From the NCBI GenBank assembly GCA_016748015.1, contig JAAOMT010000151.1:1-64000 (forward strand): a DNA stretch of 64,000 nucleotides. Direction: 5' to 3'. Source of the stretch: Geosiphon pyriformis uo1 (lineage: Eukaryota > Fungi > Glomeromycota). The translations under genes were made by a program, and so were the position numbers. Below, in pieces: positions 1-12,366 of this stretch; positions within the stretch are counted from its first letter, which is position 1, and each line of letters starts with the position of its first letter. The notes beneath the pieces are model-generated. The model had not been told where the DNA came from, did not search any database, and saw only the letters and a program-made list of their open reading frames with translations.

Positions 1-590
1 TAATCAAAGGAGATTCAACTTCAATGAGCAAATTGAATAAGTATGGATTCAATGTACAAGATCAGTCTCATAAAATATCTCAGTTGCTATTTTTTTCAAA
101 AGGTAACAAGAGAATCTGAAAGTAAAGGGATAGTCTGTACTGTTAACAATTGATCACTACTGGTATTAATTCTATGCCTTTATGTTGGCACTTTTAGAAT
201 TCAATATCAGATATCAACTTGTGCTCTTCAGTCACATTTATACAAATATTCTTCAAATACTACAATTATTCAAACAGGAAAAGGCCAACAAGTAATCTTT
301 TATCCTAAGATGTTCGGATACTTGAAGATTGGAAAAAGAAAATTAGTGATAAGAGAATGATTGAGATGAAAGTTGTTATTTTATTTATTTGATTCTTGTC
401 TGAGAGATGATTTTCTACAGCTAAGAGACTCATTGCTTATATAGCTATTGAAAGTGGTCAACAACTAGGTCAACGATTAGGTCAATAATCAGATCAATGA
501 TCACTATCTAAAAATAGAGTGGCTAATTATATGACATCAGTGGCTAATACATGTGATAATTAATAAAAATTATGGGTTTCAACTGTAACA
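1..590 (-). repeat. 3' LTR of A1 (partial)
   Basis: Starts TGTTACAG at 590 on minus strand right after purine tract GAAAAGGATGA (591-601); aligns with the LTR at 6918-7644. Confidence 0.95.
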
Positions 591-1216
591 TCATCCTTTT
601 CAAAGAGATTGAGCTCTGGCAAAATTAAGCTATTTATAGGGTATTCTAATTGAAGGGTTTTGTCTAACTTAAAACTAACTAGTTTGTTGAAGTTTTTTGT
701 GGATAGAGTGTATAGTACTTGAGATGAAATAAGCTTTGTATCCAAGAAACCAAATCTTTGTATAAGAGTTTTGGCTCTTTTTGCAATAGTCAAAACTCTT
801 GGGACATCTAAACATATAATGCCCAAAATTTCCATTTGTATCTCTAAAGTTGTTTTCTTCATGAGCTTCATTTCTTCTATGATTTCACCAAGATGACCAT
901 AGAATTTTAGTTGTCTTTTATATGACAAGTTTTTGTCTATGGGCAAGATTTCTTTAATTGTTTTTCTAATTGTCATAAAAGGTGTAAGTATTGCTGCTGT
1001 TATGCTTTCCAGCAAATACTTATCTATTTTGCTACCAATTCTTTCTTTTCTGGTAGTGGTTTTCTTTGGTCTAATAACAGTATGTATTCCACTGTTATCA
1101 GTTATGGTGGTTTGTTTTCCAATGGTCAGAGTAGCATTTGGATAATTTTTGATTCAGTACTTATGGAGAGTATAGAAAGTGTTTTGAATGTTTTGATCTA
1201 GAAAATAATTGTTCAT
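560..1216 (-). pseudogene. Extra 3' ORF (ORF4, ~218 aa, unknown function) of A1
   Basis: ATG of MNNYF at 1216 is in frame with ORF 560-1015, one internal TGA; homologous in A2 and A3; runs through the PPT into U3. Confidence 0.8.
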
Positions 1217-1257
1217 GTCAATTGAAGATATCTCTGTTTTGAGAATGGTGCATTTAT

Positions 1258-2571
1258 TTATATCTGATTTTTGTTAATTATTTGGGTCGGTATTACCACA
1301 ACAGGTAACCAATCAGGTCATTTGTGATATTTTTTGAGATGTGTTCTATGAACAGGGCAATTATTAAAAATTGTTCTATATTGATCTTGTAAGATATAAG
1401 AACCATTGTTCAAAACTTTGTTGATTATAAAAGGTCCTTTCCACCAGCTAGAAAATTTATTATCATAGACATTGTCTCTGTCTGAATGGTATTCTAAAAC
1501 TAAGTCACCAACACTTAAAGAAAGTGTTTTATATGTTTTTTTTTTCTTAAGCTTCTCTTGGAATTGTTTTATCTTTTCAAAGGCAATTATCTGTGCTTCT
1601 ACTAATAAGTTAAGAATGGTACCAAGTCTTCTTTGCAAAATGTCTTTGTAATTCCCTATTGTTATTTCTTCAAAGAGTATTGTCTCAATGTCAGTTTTTA
1701 TTGGTAGGGTTGCCATTCATCCATAGAGTAGATAAAAGAGTTCATAACTTGTTATGTCATGATTCACAGTTCTATAGGCAAACAAGGCTAAAGGCAGTAC
1801 TTTGTCCCATAAGTTTGTTTCTTTACTGGTTTTGGCTAGGGTTTCACATAGTGTTCTATTGAAACATTTCACTAGGCCATTTGTTTGGGAGTAATAAGGA
1901 GAAGAAAGTTTGTGATGTATTCCCATTTTTCTGCAAAGTTCTTCAACAAGTGTACTGAGAAAAGCTCTTTCTCTGTCAGATAAAAGTTCATTGGAGCAGT
2001 CATAGTGACAAATGATATCTTCATAAATGAAATTGGCTATTGAGACTGCTGTTTGGTTTGAAGTGGCTCTTGCTTCTACTCACTTTGTAAGATAGTCAGT
2101 AACTGTGATAATGTATCTGTTGCCATCTGAAGTTATTTTTAAAGATCCAACAACATCTATACCAATTCTGTCAAAGGGTTGACCAACAGAAATTGGATAG
2201 ATATTTTCTTTGCGATTGGGTTTTCTTCTTCTTTGGCAGATATCACAGGTTTTGATGTATTCAGCAATGTCTTTTCCCAAGATAGGCCAATAATAATGAG
2301 CTAGAGTTTTCTGAATTGTTTTTGTTTTTCCAAAGTGTCCAGCTAATAGATTAGTGTGCATATTGTAGATTACAATTTCTCTTTCTTCAAATCTGATAAC
2401 TCTCTGCAGGTGGTCAGGATCTTTTCTATTTCTTTTATAAAGTTGGTTCTGGTAAATCAAATAGAAATTTGATTGTTTGTGCAAATGTTTTCTTTGTTGT
2501 TGTGTGTATTTTAGTAGGTATTGTCCTTTACCCAAAAATTTTATTAAGACAGAGTAGTTGTCTAAGTCCAT
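1258..2571 (-). pseudogene. Integrase ORF of A1 (HHCC, DDE core, GPY/F motif), separate ATG
   Basis: AGHFG..YYWP..CDICQRR, PFDRIGID, QTNGLV, WKGPF; no chromodomain seen. Confidence 0.93.
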
Positions 2572-2639
2572 TATTGTGTTTGTCAAAAAAGAGGGAATTA
2601 CTAATAATTAAGTTGGTTTGGTTTGAGAGGGTTGTTCTG

Positions 2640-5327
2640 TCACTGGATGATAAGTCTGGAGAGAATGTCGGCATTTTGATGATTAGCTCCTTTGCGATGT
2701 TGAATATCATAGTCGAATTTATCCAAGTGGAGTATCCAGCGAGTTATCCATTTGTGTTCTAGCCTCTTTTTGTTGTGCAGCCAAACCAAAGCTTGGTAAT
2801 CTGTTACCACCAAAAACTTCACACTAAGAAGATACTTACTTCAGTAACTGGTGGACCATACTACTGCTAAGCATTCTTGTTCAGTGACTGAATAGTTCTG
2901 TTTTGCTGAGGAAAGGGTTCTACTGGCATAGGCTATGGCATGTTCTTTGCCATCTTCATTTTTCTGGAAGAGAACAGCACCAAGTCCAAAGCCAGATGCA
3001 TCAGTGTGGAAGATAAAGGGTCGATCTAAATCAGGTTGCTTGAAGATGGGTTCTGTAACCAGTTTTTCCTTTAAAGTTTCAAAGGCTTTTTGCTGATGTG
3101 TTCCCCAATGATAATTGACATTTTTCCTGAGTAGCTGATTGAGAGGAAAGGCGATTTTGGAGAAATTCTTGACAAATTTGCAATAATAAAAGGCCAAACC
3201 AAGAAAAGAGCATAGTTCATGAATGTTCATTGGTTGTTTGATGTTTTGGACTTTTTCAACTTTGGCTGGGTCAGGAAAAATTCCATCTTTTGTGATAAGA
3301 TGATCAAGGAACTGGGTGGATTGTCTTCCAAAAAAAGATTTGATTGGGTTGATCTTGGGGCCAGCATTTCTGAGTAGGTCAAAAATCTTTTGCAAATGTT
3401 CCAGGTGTTTATCCCAGGTTTTTGAGTATACTATTATGTCGTTCAAATAGACTAAAACAAAGTTTTCCTTGACTGATTCAAATACTTTATCCATTAAGCA
3501 TTGAAAGGTGAAAGGGGCGTTGGTGAGACCAAAAGGCATAACTGTGAATTCATAGGTGCCATACTTGATGATAAAGGCAGTTTTTTTTCTGCTTTCTGGA
3601 TTCATCTCTACTTGCTAGAATTCAGCAGTTAAGTCAATGGTTGAGAAGAAAGCAGCATCTTTGAATTGGTCTAACATTGCATCAATTTTGAAAAGTGGAT
3701 ACATGTCTCTTTCAGTGATGGCATTTAATTGGCAGTAGTCGACACAGAAGTGTAGTGTTCTACCTTTCTTAGATACCACTACAACTGGGAAAGCCCATTC
3801 ACTCTTGGTTTCTTGTATGAATCCAAGTTCTTTCATCTGGTTTATCTCTTTCTTGATAAACTCATCATTGCATTGATTGGATTGATAAGGCTTCAAATAG
3901 ATGGGTCGAGTTTCTCTGGTGGTGATAGTGTGTTGTATCACATGAGTATGTCCAGGGGTATCACCTTCTTTGGAGATAACTGGGCTATTTCTAGCCAGCA
4001 AATTTTCAATGTCTATTTTTTTTTTTTCTGGGGAGGGTTTTTTTTGTTCCACAACCAGTGATTGGATCTCAGGTGGTTCATTCTTAAAGAACTTCTGTAC
4101 TTCTTTCAATTCTTCTCTGGGTATCAAACTGATTGGTTCCCAATCTCTGTAATAGATCAGGCATGATTTGCATTCATCGCTTGAAGAATACAAGAGTTTG
4201 TTGCACTAACACCAGGCACAAGGACCATGCCACCAAAAACTGTATTTGGCTTTCTTGCCAAGTTTTTTTTTAAAGGTTCTTCTAAGAATATCATAATAAG
4301 GCCAGCAGATCAACTTGCCATTTACAATGATTTCTTCTTTGTCTGCTTTAACATTGTCTAATGGTTTGCCATTGCTGGTGAAAATGGTATAGACAAGTTC
4401 AGCAGTTTCTTTTTGCTCTTCTTGTTCTTTTTCTTTATCACTCTCTTCATCATCTGATTTATCTGATTGTTCTTGGTTTTGTTTGAGTACTGGAGAAGTT
4501 GTCCAATGGCGATACTTAACCACAATAGGTTTCTCACCACATCTGATGATTAATTCACAAAGTTCATAATCAAGCAAAGCTTTTGCTTTTTTGAGCCATT
4601 CATTGCCAAAAATGATGGTGTATTCCTTGGCTTCAGAAACTTCCATGTTAGTTTCAATGCTGATTCTATTGATGCAGACAGGAACAGCTTTGGCAATACC
4701 CAGTCCTTTTTTTTTGTCACCATGTATGTTGGTCATTGGTCTGGTAGAAGATTCATCAATCTTTCTACCAATTGCTTCCAAAAAGTGTTTGGCAATAACA
4801 CTAACAGATAATCTACTGTCCAGAATTAAGTCAATGAAGTATCTAGCCACTTGGGCTTTACAAATCAGAGGGATGACATTGCTGTTGTCAGCAAGTCCAG
4901 CTTGGTGAGGGTGCTTGTTGGTTTTTGGTGTCTTTTTCTTTGGAAACAAGGATTTGTGAAAATCTTTTCTGAACTGTGGGTGGGTCATTAACTGGCCAAA
5001 GGTAATATGTGCTGGTGTTTCTATGAGATCTTTGACAACAGAAATGGGTCCAGATTTTTGTACAATTTCTGGGGGTTCCAACTTTGAAAGATTCTTAAAA
5101 ACTTTAACCTTTGGTGGCTCATTGTTATTAGTGGCAGAAGTTAAGGCTTTGTTGGAGTCTAAAATGAAATCAACCTTGGCTTTTTTCTTCTTTCTGGTTG
5201 GTTCTGAGGTGTTGATTGCTAGTTCATCTATATTATGGTCATCATCAGTTAAGTTAAAAGTGTAAAAGGGGTTTTTTTTTGGTTGGCTTGCACTCTCACC
5301 CTTTGGAGGTGCGCCTACCAGTTTAAA
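2640..5327 (-). pseudogene. pol: pol (aspartic protease-RT-RNase H) of A1
   Basis: LILDS protease motif, FCVDY, MPFGL, YLND (decayed YLDD), HTDASGFGLGAV, ends NADILSRLIIQ*. Confidence 0.95.
5281..5327 (-). promoter_or_regulatory. Putative -1 ribosomal frameshift signal (T TTA AAC + hairpin) of A1
   Basis: Slippery heptamer at 5321-5327 in gag frame just before the gag stop, followed by GGTAGGCGCAC...GTGCAAGCCAACC. Confidence 0.75.
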
Positions 5328-6865
5328 GGCTGATAAACAGTGGCTTTAATTAGGGGATTCTCTCCAAAGAAATTGATGTTGGCATGATTGGGTCTTTGAT
5401 TGGGGACATTGTTGTTGGGTCTGTTGTTTTGGTTGTTATTGTTTTTGGGAGCTGGAGGAAGCAGTGGAGGATTGTTACAATCTTTGGAAAAATGTCCAGT
5501 TAATCCACATCTATAACATACAAGAGGACCACAATTTTGCTGTCTTTGGTAAGGTGGTTGCTGGGGCTGATTAAAACGGTTTTCAAATCTGGATCTTTGT
5601 AGTTGCTGGTTATTTCTAACTGCTTGGGCTAATGGTTCTAATAGCCAAGCAAGATTTGCTGTAAGTTTATCTATTAATTGTTTATTTGGATCTTGTGTCT
5701 GGATAGCAAAAGAAGTAGTGGCCATTTGAGGAGTAGGAGTCATAACAGGAGCAGAAGCAAAAACTGGAAGTGTGGATCCCAAATGCATTTTTTGATTGTC
5801 TTCAATTCTTTGAGTGAGTTCAATGGCCATATCCATGGTGGAATTATCTTTTAAAGCCAAGAAAGGCCAAAGAGCATATGATAAATCAGTTCTCAATCCT
5901 TTTGTGAAAGAGTGGATCTTTTGCTTTTCAGTCCAGTTTCTATCAGAGTTTACACGCTTGATGAGTTTTCTGATTGCTTTGGCATATTCAGTCACAATTT
6001 TACCAGGTCCTTGGGTTCTTTTTTCTAATTCCATACGCCATTTGGATATTAAAATAGGGGTTCTGAATTTGTTTTCAAACCGAGTAGTGAAAGAGGTGTT
6101 GTTTTCCCTAATATTTGTTGGGGTCCATCTAACAATTTTTTGTTGAACACCAGCATTGGTTTCTTGTGAAAACCAGGTAGCAGGAGAGCCTTGGAGGTAG
6201 CCACCAATGATTTGGAACTTGTATTTATCATCATACTGGTTTGCAGTGGCTGCTCTTTCAAAATCATCCAACCATTCAATTGGATCTTGAGCATTACCTC
6301 TGAATAGGAGTAGTGGGGTGTTGTTTCTTCATCCCAAAGCAGTTTGTATGCTTTGGAGGGCAGCCAGGATGTTTACTTGCATTGGATCTTGGGCTATTGG
6401 TTCAGAAGTTACTGTTTGTGTAGAGTGCTTTGATTCACTTAAGAAGAGATCAAAAATAAGAGCTGTTTGGTAGCTTTCTTCTTCTGTTTCAAGGGGAGTT
6501 ACTGTTGATTGATGGGCAGCAATCCAAATGTGGATTTGATGATTCAGATATTCGAAATCAGGGGGCTGTTGTTCAAAAGTTGTAGAATATAAGAGCTGAT
6601 TGATACTGTTGTTTCTTTCTTCAAAGTTATCTTCAAAATAAGCTTGATCAAAGTAATAGGTTGTATAAGTTGTGTAGGTTTCAGCTGAATGCTCATTCAG
6701 AACCCAGTTACAAAAGTCTTGGAATTGTCTGCTGGATTGTTCTTCAATGGAAAAGCAGATTAAGCAGGAGAGCAGAGTATTAAGTTCAATGAAATCTAGG
6801 TCGTTTCTGTTGTATGCTGCAAAGTGTTCTTCTGATTGCTGTGGCAGATATGAGTAATCACCCAT
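5315..6865 (-). pseudogene. gag: gag of A1 (~516 aa, one internal stop)
   Basis: ORFs 6329-6865 and 5315-6271 are in the same frame; retrotransposon gag core and CCHC knuckle CYRCGLTGHFSKDC. Confidence 0.92.
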
Positions 6866-6893
6866 ACAATAAGGGAATAAGTGAATTTTGACA

Positions 6894-6911
6894 ACCTCAC
6901 AGGAAGCACCA
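6894..6911 (-). promoter_or_regulatory. Primer binding site, probably elongator tRNA-Met
   Basis: TGGTGCTTCCTGTGAGGT, 6 nt from LTR end; complement ACCTCACAGGAAGCA-CCA resembles the elongator tRNA-Met 3' end. Confidence 0.75.
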
Positions 6912-6917
6912 CTTTTA

Positions 6918-7644
6918 TGTTATGAGTTAAAGTAACAAGCAAGGGAGAACAGGATTGTAAGGTGATAGAAATAATCAAAGAGGATTCAACTTCAATGAGC
7001 AAATTGAATAAGTATAGATTTAATGTATGAGATCAGTCTCATAAAATATCTCAGTCGCTATTCTTTTCAAAAATAACTGGGGAATCTGAAGATAGAGGAA
7101 TAGTCTGTACTGTCAACAATTGATCACTGCTGGTATTAATTCTATGTCTTCACATCAGCACTCTTAGAACTCAATATTAGGTATCAACTTGTGCTCTTCA
7201 GTCATGTTTATACAAATAGTCTTCAAATACTACAATTATTCAAACAGAAAAAGACCAACAAGTAATCTTTTATCCTAAGATGTTCGAATACTTGAAGGTA
7301 GGAAAAAAAAAATTAGTGATAAGAGAGTGATTGAGATAAAAGTTGTTATTTTATTTATTTAATTCTTGTCTGAGAGATGATTTTCTATAGCTAAGAAACT
7401 CATCACTTATATAGCTATTAAAAATGCTCAACGACCAAGTTAATGACTAAGTCAATGATCAGGTCAATAATCAGGTCAATGATCAGGTTATTGATCAAGT
7501 CAATGATCAGGTCAATAATCAGGTCAACGGTTAGGTCATTGATTAGGTCAATGATCACTATCTAAAAATAGAGTGGCTAATTATATAACATCAGTGGCTA
7601 ATATATGTAATAATTAATAAAAATTATGGGTTTCAACCATAACA
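6918..7644 (-). repeat. 5' LTR of A1
   Basis: TGTTA...TAACA termini, TATA-like CTATATAAG, adjacent PBS. Confidence 0.95.
7426..7557. repeat. 12-bp tandem repeat (GGTCAATGATCA x11) in U3
   Basis: 11 degenerate units here versus 4 units at 456-503. Confidence 0.9.
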
Positions 7645-8415
7645 ATATTGTCCACTATCTGACTTTGCTGTTGTAGTCTAATCTTAGCACACAGTGTTGA
7701 TCTGTATTTTTTTTGATGCTGAGTATTTCTGTAATAAGTATATCTTTTAGGAGAGTCATCAGATATGCATTTATTGCTTCCAGTTTTAGCTGTTTTTATT
7801 TAGCCAACAACTGCATAACATTGTTATCATGCATATCTGCATTGTTTACTTTTATTTGTTTGATTATATCAGCTACAATATTTACAAGCTTATAATTCAA
7901 GCATTCTTTTTTTGTGTGTACAGATTGGGCTCCCACTTTCCTTTTTAGTAGGCAGTCAGCAGCTTGTAACACAGTCTTCTTGATTGTAAGCCACATCTGA
8001 TTTTCTTTGTGCTTTATCTATTAATTGATCAGTTTCTTTTGTATAGATTTCTTATAAACTCCAGATGTTTTTTTAACATTAATCATAGTTGTGCTACTCT
8101 TCTTTCTCCCAGATCTAGATTTTTTAGTGTCTGCCAAGATTCTGTTAGATTGGATAATTGTTACTACTGTTTTGTAATCAGTGCTAAATGATTTATTAAC
8201 ATTAATCACCCCAATATTTGTGATCATTGAGGCTGTAACTGCATTAATAAACACATAGTCTAATTTTTTTTGTATTCTATTTGATGGCTATGTCTTTTTT
8301 GGATTGTTTGTTGCATATACTCCATGTGTATCTACCAAATTCATATGTTGTAGCAATGAGACAAGCTTTGACCTGATTTGTAGCAAATGTTTCTTCAAGT
8401 AATTTGGATGCCAGA
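7645..8415 (-). mobile_element. LINE family C ORF2 fragment (end of APE domain and linker)
   Basis: Homologous to ~23740-24480 (FSTDYKTVV versus FSTDHKAVV). Confidence 0.9.
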
Positions 8416-8780
8416 TTTTTATTTTTATTTTGTTAAGGTGTAGTCACACTGGTCATTTATTAGTTATGATCACAGTAATGTGGCACTTTCATAAAGCTAG
8501 CTCACTTAATAATACAAATCACAAAATGTGGCTAACCACAAGTGGAAAGTCCTAACTACACACTAGTACTATCTTTGTTTCTTATAGATTCAAACATATC
8601 TAACTCATACATTTTACCCATAATGCTAACAAGCTCATGACTATTTTTAACCATATCACTTATCCACTTAACAGTCTGATTAGAACTGGATTTGATTCTA
8701 GAAGACTGATCTTCTCATAGGTGCATTATAACATCAAAGGTGTTATCATAAACTAAAAAGTCTTTATTATTATCATCATT

Positions 8781-8814
<34 letters not shown>

Positions 8815-10068
8815 ACCATGTCATTATTATCTGATCCATACTTCAAGCAGGCCTGTTTACATTTTTTTTCAAGACATGTCATTCTTTTCTGCATTATAAT
8901 GGCAACAGCAGCCAAGCCTTTATTTTGCTTAGCTAATCCATCCACACATTTCTTAACTGACACATTTACAGCAGATAGAGTAGACAGCAATTTGGTAACC
9001 AATGCAACCAAAACACTGACAAGTTCAACTAAAGATTTTATTAACACAGATAGTTCACTAAAATAAGATTTCAGAGAAGCCAACCTAGATTCAACAGCAA
9101 AATTGGGAGCAAAAAAGACAGCAGACAACATGGATGTCACAGTTTTGGGAGAACCACCAAGATCTAAGTTCATATTAGCAGCAGCAGCACCAGGAAAAAC
9201 CACAAAAGCAGCAGTTTTGGCATAAGATTTAGATTCAACAAATGAAAGTTTGATATTACTGGAGTCATCAAAGGTGTTGAAAGAGAGTTTGGGTGAGAGA
9301 AGAGGTAACTTCTTACAGTTCACAGCAAAATGATTCAAGTCTTGATACCTGTAGTAGTGACAACACCCAAGAGTTTCCCACCAGATGTAACAACTATACA
9401 AGGTACCAGTTTTTGACACAGCAACATTCAGAGATTCCAAAGAATTAAAGGTAACCACAGCAAAGCATTGACATTAATAAGATTCAGAAGAGCGAGGAAT
9501 GAAACATATATGGCCATCAACTTAGAAGACCAAATCACTTATCTCAAAGACAGTACAGCCAAATGAAAGATTGACCAACTTAGCTTTGAATGCATTTTTT
9601 GAGGAAATAATCTCTTTTTGGTTGGCAATGGGAAGAATCCTAACACTATCTTTTCTGACCAATACAGACCAATTAAAGAAAGCAGCAACAGCAGAAGAAG
9701 TGTCTTTGAAGTTAACCACAGAATATTGCCATAAGCCAGCAGACTTCAACTTAACAGAAGTAACAACACCAAAAATGCCAAGAGCAGTTTTAATGTTATT
9801 AGAAGAGATACTTAAAGGTACATCATGCAGTGTAACTGACAAGGAAGGGGAAGAAACAGAGGCTACACCAGAAGACCATGCAATCTTAAGAGTGGTCAAA
9901 AAAATTTCATTACTAATGGCCACTTTGGTAGCACTATTTAGACTCTCCTAAGATGCAAATTCCATACAGAACAACTTAACAGCATCTTGTAAAACTGACT
10001 TAAGCCCAATACAACCAGGCAGCAACTAAAACAAGAACCAAGCAGGGCTATTTTGATCTTAAATGTAG
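8416..10068 (-). mobile_element. ORF1-only retroposon family D, 3' two-thirds, cut by gypsy A2
   Basis: Poly(T) at 8416-8431, shared 3' UTR, RRM/zinc-knuckle ORF remnants, (TCA)n poly-Asp tract at ~8771-8815. Confidence 0.9.
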
Positions 10069-10744
10069 TGTTACAGTTGAAACCCATAATTTTTATTAGT
10101 TATCACATGTATTAGTCACTGATGTCATATAATTAGCCACTCTATTTTTAGATAGTGATCATTGACCTAATCAATGACCTGACTGTTGACTTAATCATTG
10201 ACCTGATCATTGACCTGATCATTGACTACTTTCAATAGCTATATAAACAATGAGTCTCTTAACTGTAGAAAATCATCTCTCAGACAAGAATCAAATAAAT
10301 AAAATAACAATTTCATCTCAATCACTCTCTTATTGCTAATTTTCTTTTTCCTACCTTCAAGTATCTGAACATCTTAGGATAAAAAATTACTTGTTGGCCT
10401 TTTTCTGACATATATAATTGTAGCATTTGAAGATTATTTGAATAAACATGACTGAAAAGCACAAGTTGATACCTAATATTGAATTCTAAGAGCACCAATA
10501 TGAGGCATAGAATTATATCAGTGGTGATTAATTGTTGACAGTACAGACTATCCCTCTACCTTCAGATTCCCCAGTTACTTTTGAAAAGTATAGCGACTGA
10601 GATATTTTATGAGACTGATCTCGCACATTAAATCCATACTCATTCAATTTGCTATTTAAAGTTGAATTTCTCTTTGTTTATTTCCATCACCATACAATAC
10701 TTTCTCCCTTGCTATCTGTTAGCTTATTATTCCAACCCATAACA
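10069..10744 (+). repeat. 5' LTR of A2
   Basis: TGTTACAG...CATAACA, followed by TAAAAG and PBS TGGTGTTCCCTGTAAGGTT (10751-10769). Confidence 0.95.
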
Positions 10745-10796
10745 TAAAAGTGGTGTTCCCTGTAAGGTTGTCAAAATTCACTTATTTCCTCATTGT

Positions 10797-12332
10797 ATGG
10801 GTGATTACTCATATCTGCCATAACAATCAGAAGAACATTTTGCAGCACACAACAGAAATGACCTAGATTTCATTGAACTTAATCCTTTGCCCTTCTGCTT
10901 GATCTGCTTCCCCCTTGAAAAACAATCCAGCAGATAATTCCAAGACTTTTGGAACTGGTTTCTGAACAAGCATTCAGCTGAAACCTACACAACTTATACA
11001 ACCTATTACTTTGACCAAGCTTATTTTGAAAACGACTTTGAAGAAAGAAACAACAATATCAATTAGCTCTTATATTCTGCAACCTTTGAACAACAGCCCC
11101 CTGATTTCGAATATCTGAATCATTAAATCCACATTTGGATTGCTGCCCATCAAGCAACTGAAACTCCCTTTGAAACAGAAGAAGAAAGCTACTAAACTGC
11201 CCCTGTTTTTGACCTTTTATCAAGCAAATCAGACTTGTCTACACAAACAGTTACCCCTAAACCAATGACTAATGACCCCATACAAGCAAACATTCTGGCC
11301 GCCTTCCAAGGTATACAAACTGCTCTAGGAAGAAGAAACAATACCCTACTACCACTATTCAGAGGTGATACACAAGATCCAATTGAATGGTTGGATGATT
11401 TTGAGAAAGCTGCCACAGCCAACCAGTATGATAAAGAATACAAGTTCCAAATTGTTGGTGGCTACCTCCAAGGCTCTCCTGCTACCTGGTTCTCACAAGA
11501 AACAGATGTCAATGCTCAACACAGAATAATCAGATGGACACCAATCAATGCTGAAAAAGAAAATACCTCTTTTACTACCTGATTTGAGGCCAAGTTCAGA
11601 ACTCCAATATTAATATCCAAATGGTGCATGGAATTGGAAAGAAGAACCCAAGGCCCTGAAGAAGTAGTGACTGAATATGCCAAAGCTATAAGAAAGCTAA
11701 TCAAACATGTAGACTCTGAGAGAAATTAGACAGAAGAGCAGAAAATTCACTCCTTCACAAAAAGATTAAGAACTAATCTATCATATGCTCTTTGGCCCCT
11801 CTTGGCCCTGAAAAATAACCCCACCATGGATATGGCCATTGAATTAGCACAAAGAATTGAAGATAACCAAAGGATGCACTTGGGATCCACACTACCAGTT
11901 TTTGCTTCTGCCCCTCAAATGGCTGCTACTTTTTTTGCCACTTACACTCAAGATTCAAATGAACAATTAATAAACAAACTCACAGCAAATCTTGCCTGGT
12001 TATTAGAACCCTTAGCCCAAGCAGTCAGAGAAAATCAACAACCACAAAGACCCAGATTTGAACCATGCTTCAATTAGTCTCAGCAACCACCTTATCAAAG
12101 ACAACAAAATCATGACCCACCTGTATACTATCACTGTGGATTAACTGGACACTTTTTAAGAGATTGCAACAATCCTCCACTGCCTCCAGCAGTTCCCAGA
12201 AACAATGATGCCCAGAACAACAGACCCAACAACAACAATGTTTCCAACCAAAGACCCAATCATGCCAACATCAATTTCTTTGAAGAGGATCCCCTAGTTG
12301 AAGCCACTGTTTATCAGCCTTTAAACTGGTAG
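10797..12332 (+). pseudogene. gag: gag of A2
   Basis: Collinear with A1 gag, same frame from ATG 10797 to TAG 12332, several C>T/G>A stops. Confidence 0.9.
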
Positions 12333-12366
12333 GCGCACCTCCAAAGGGTGAGAGTGCAAACCAACC
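12320..12366 (+). promoter_or_regulatory. Putative -1 frameshift signal of A2
   Basis: T TTA AAC at 12320-12326; the -1 frame reads KLVGAPPKGESA... without a stop into ORF 12416. Confidence 0.78.

Larger units (their letters stand above)
1..7644 (-). mobile_element. Ty3/gypsy LTR retrotransposon family A, copy A1 (3' LTR cut by window edge), degenerate
   Basis: Two homologous LTRs (1-590, 6918-7644), PBS, PPT; order gag-PR-RT-RNaseH-IN-extra ORF on minus strand; many C>T-derived stops. Confidence 0.96.

Noticed and set aside
560-1216. ORF4 as an env gene
   Set aside because: Short, with no evident signal peptide, transmembrane anchor or fusion-protein features.
6894-6911. tRNA gene
   Set aside because: Only an 18-nt PBS; no cloverleaf.
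7426-7557. Regular repeats resembling a CRISPR array or AGGTCA nuclear-receptor sites
   Set aside because: Head-to-tail 12-mers without spacers inside an LTR; no cas genes; no support for a specific binding factor.
8771-8815. (TCA)n microsatellite as an independent feature
   Set aside because: It is the length-variable poly-Asp tract of the family D ORF.
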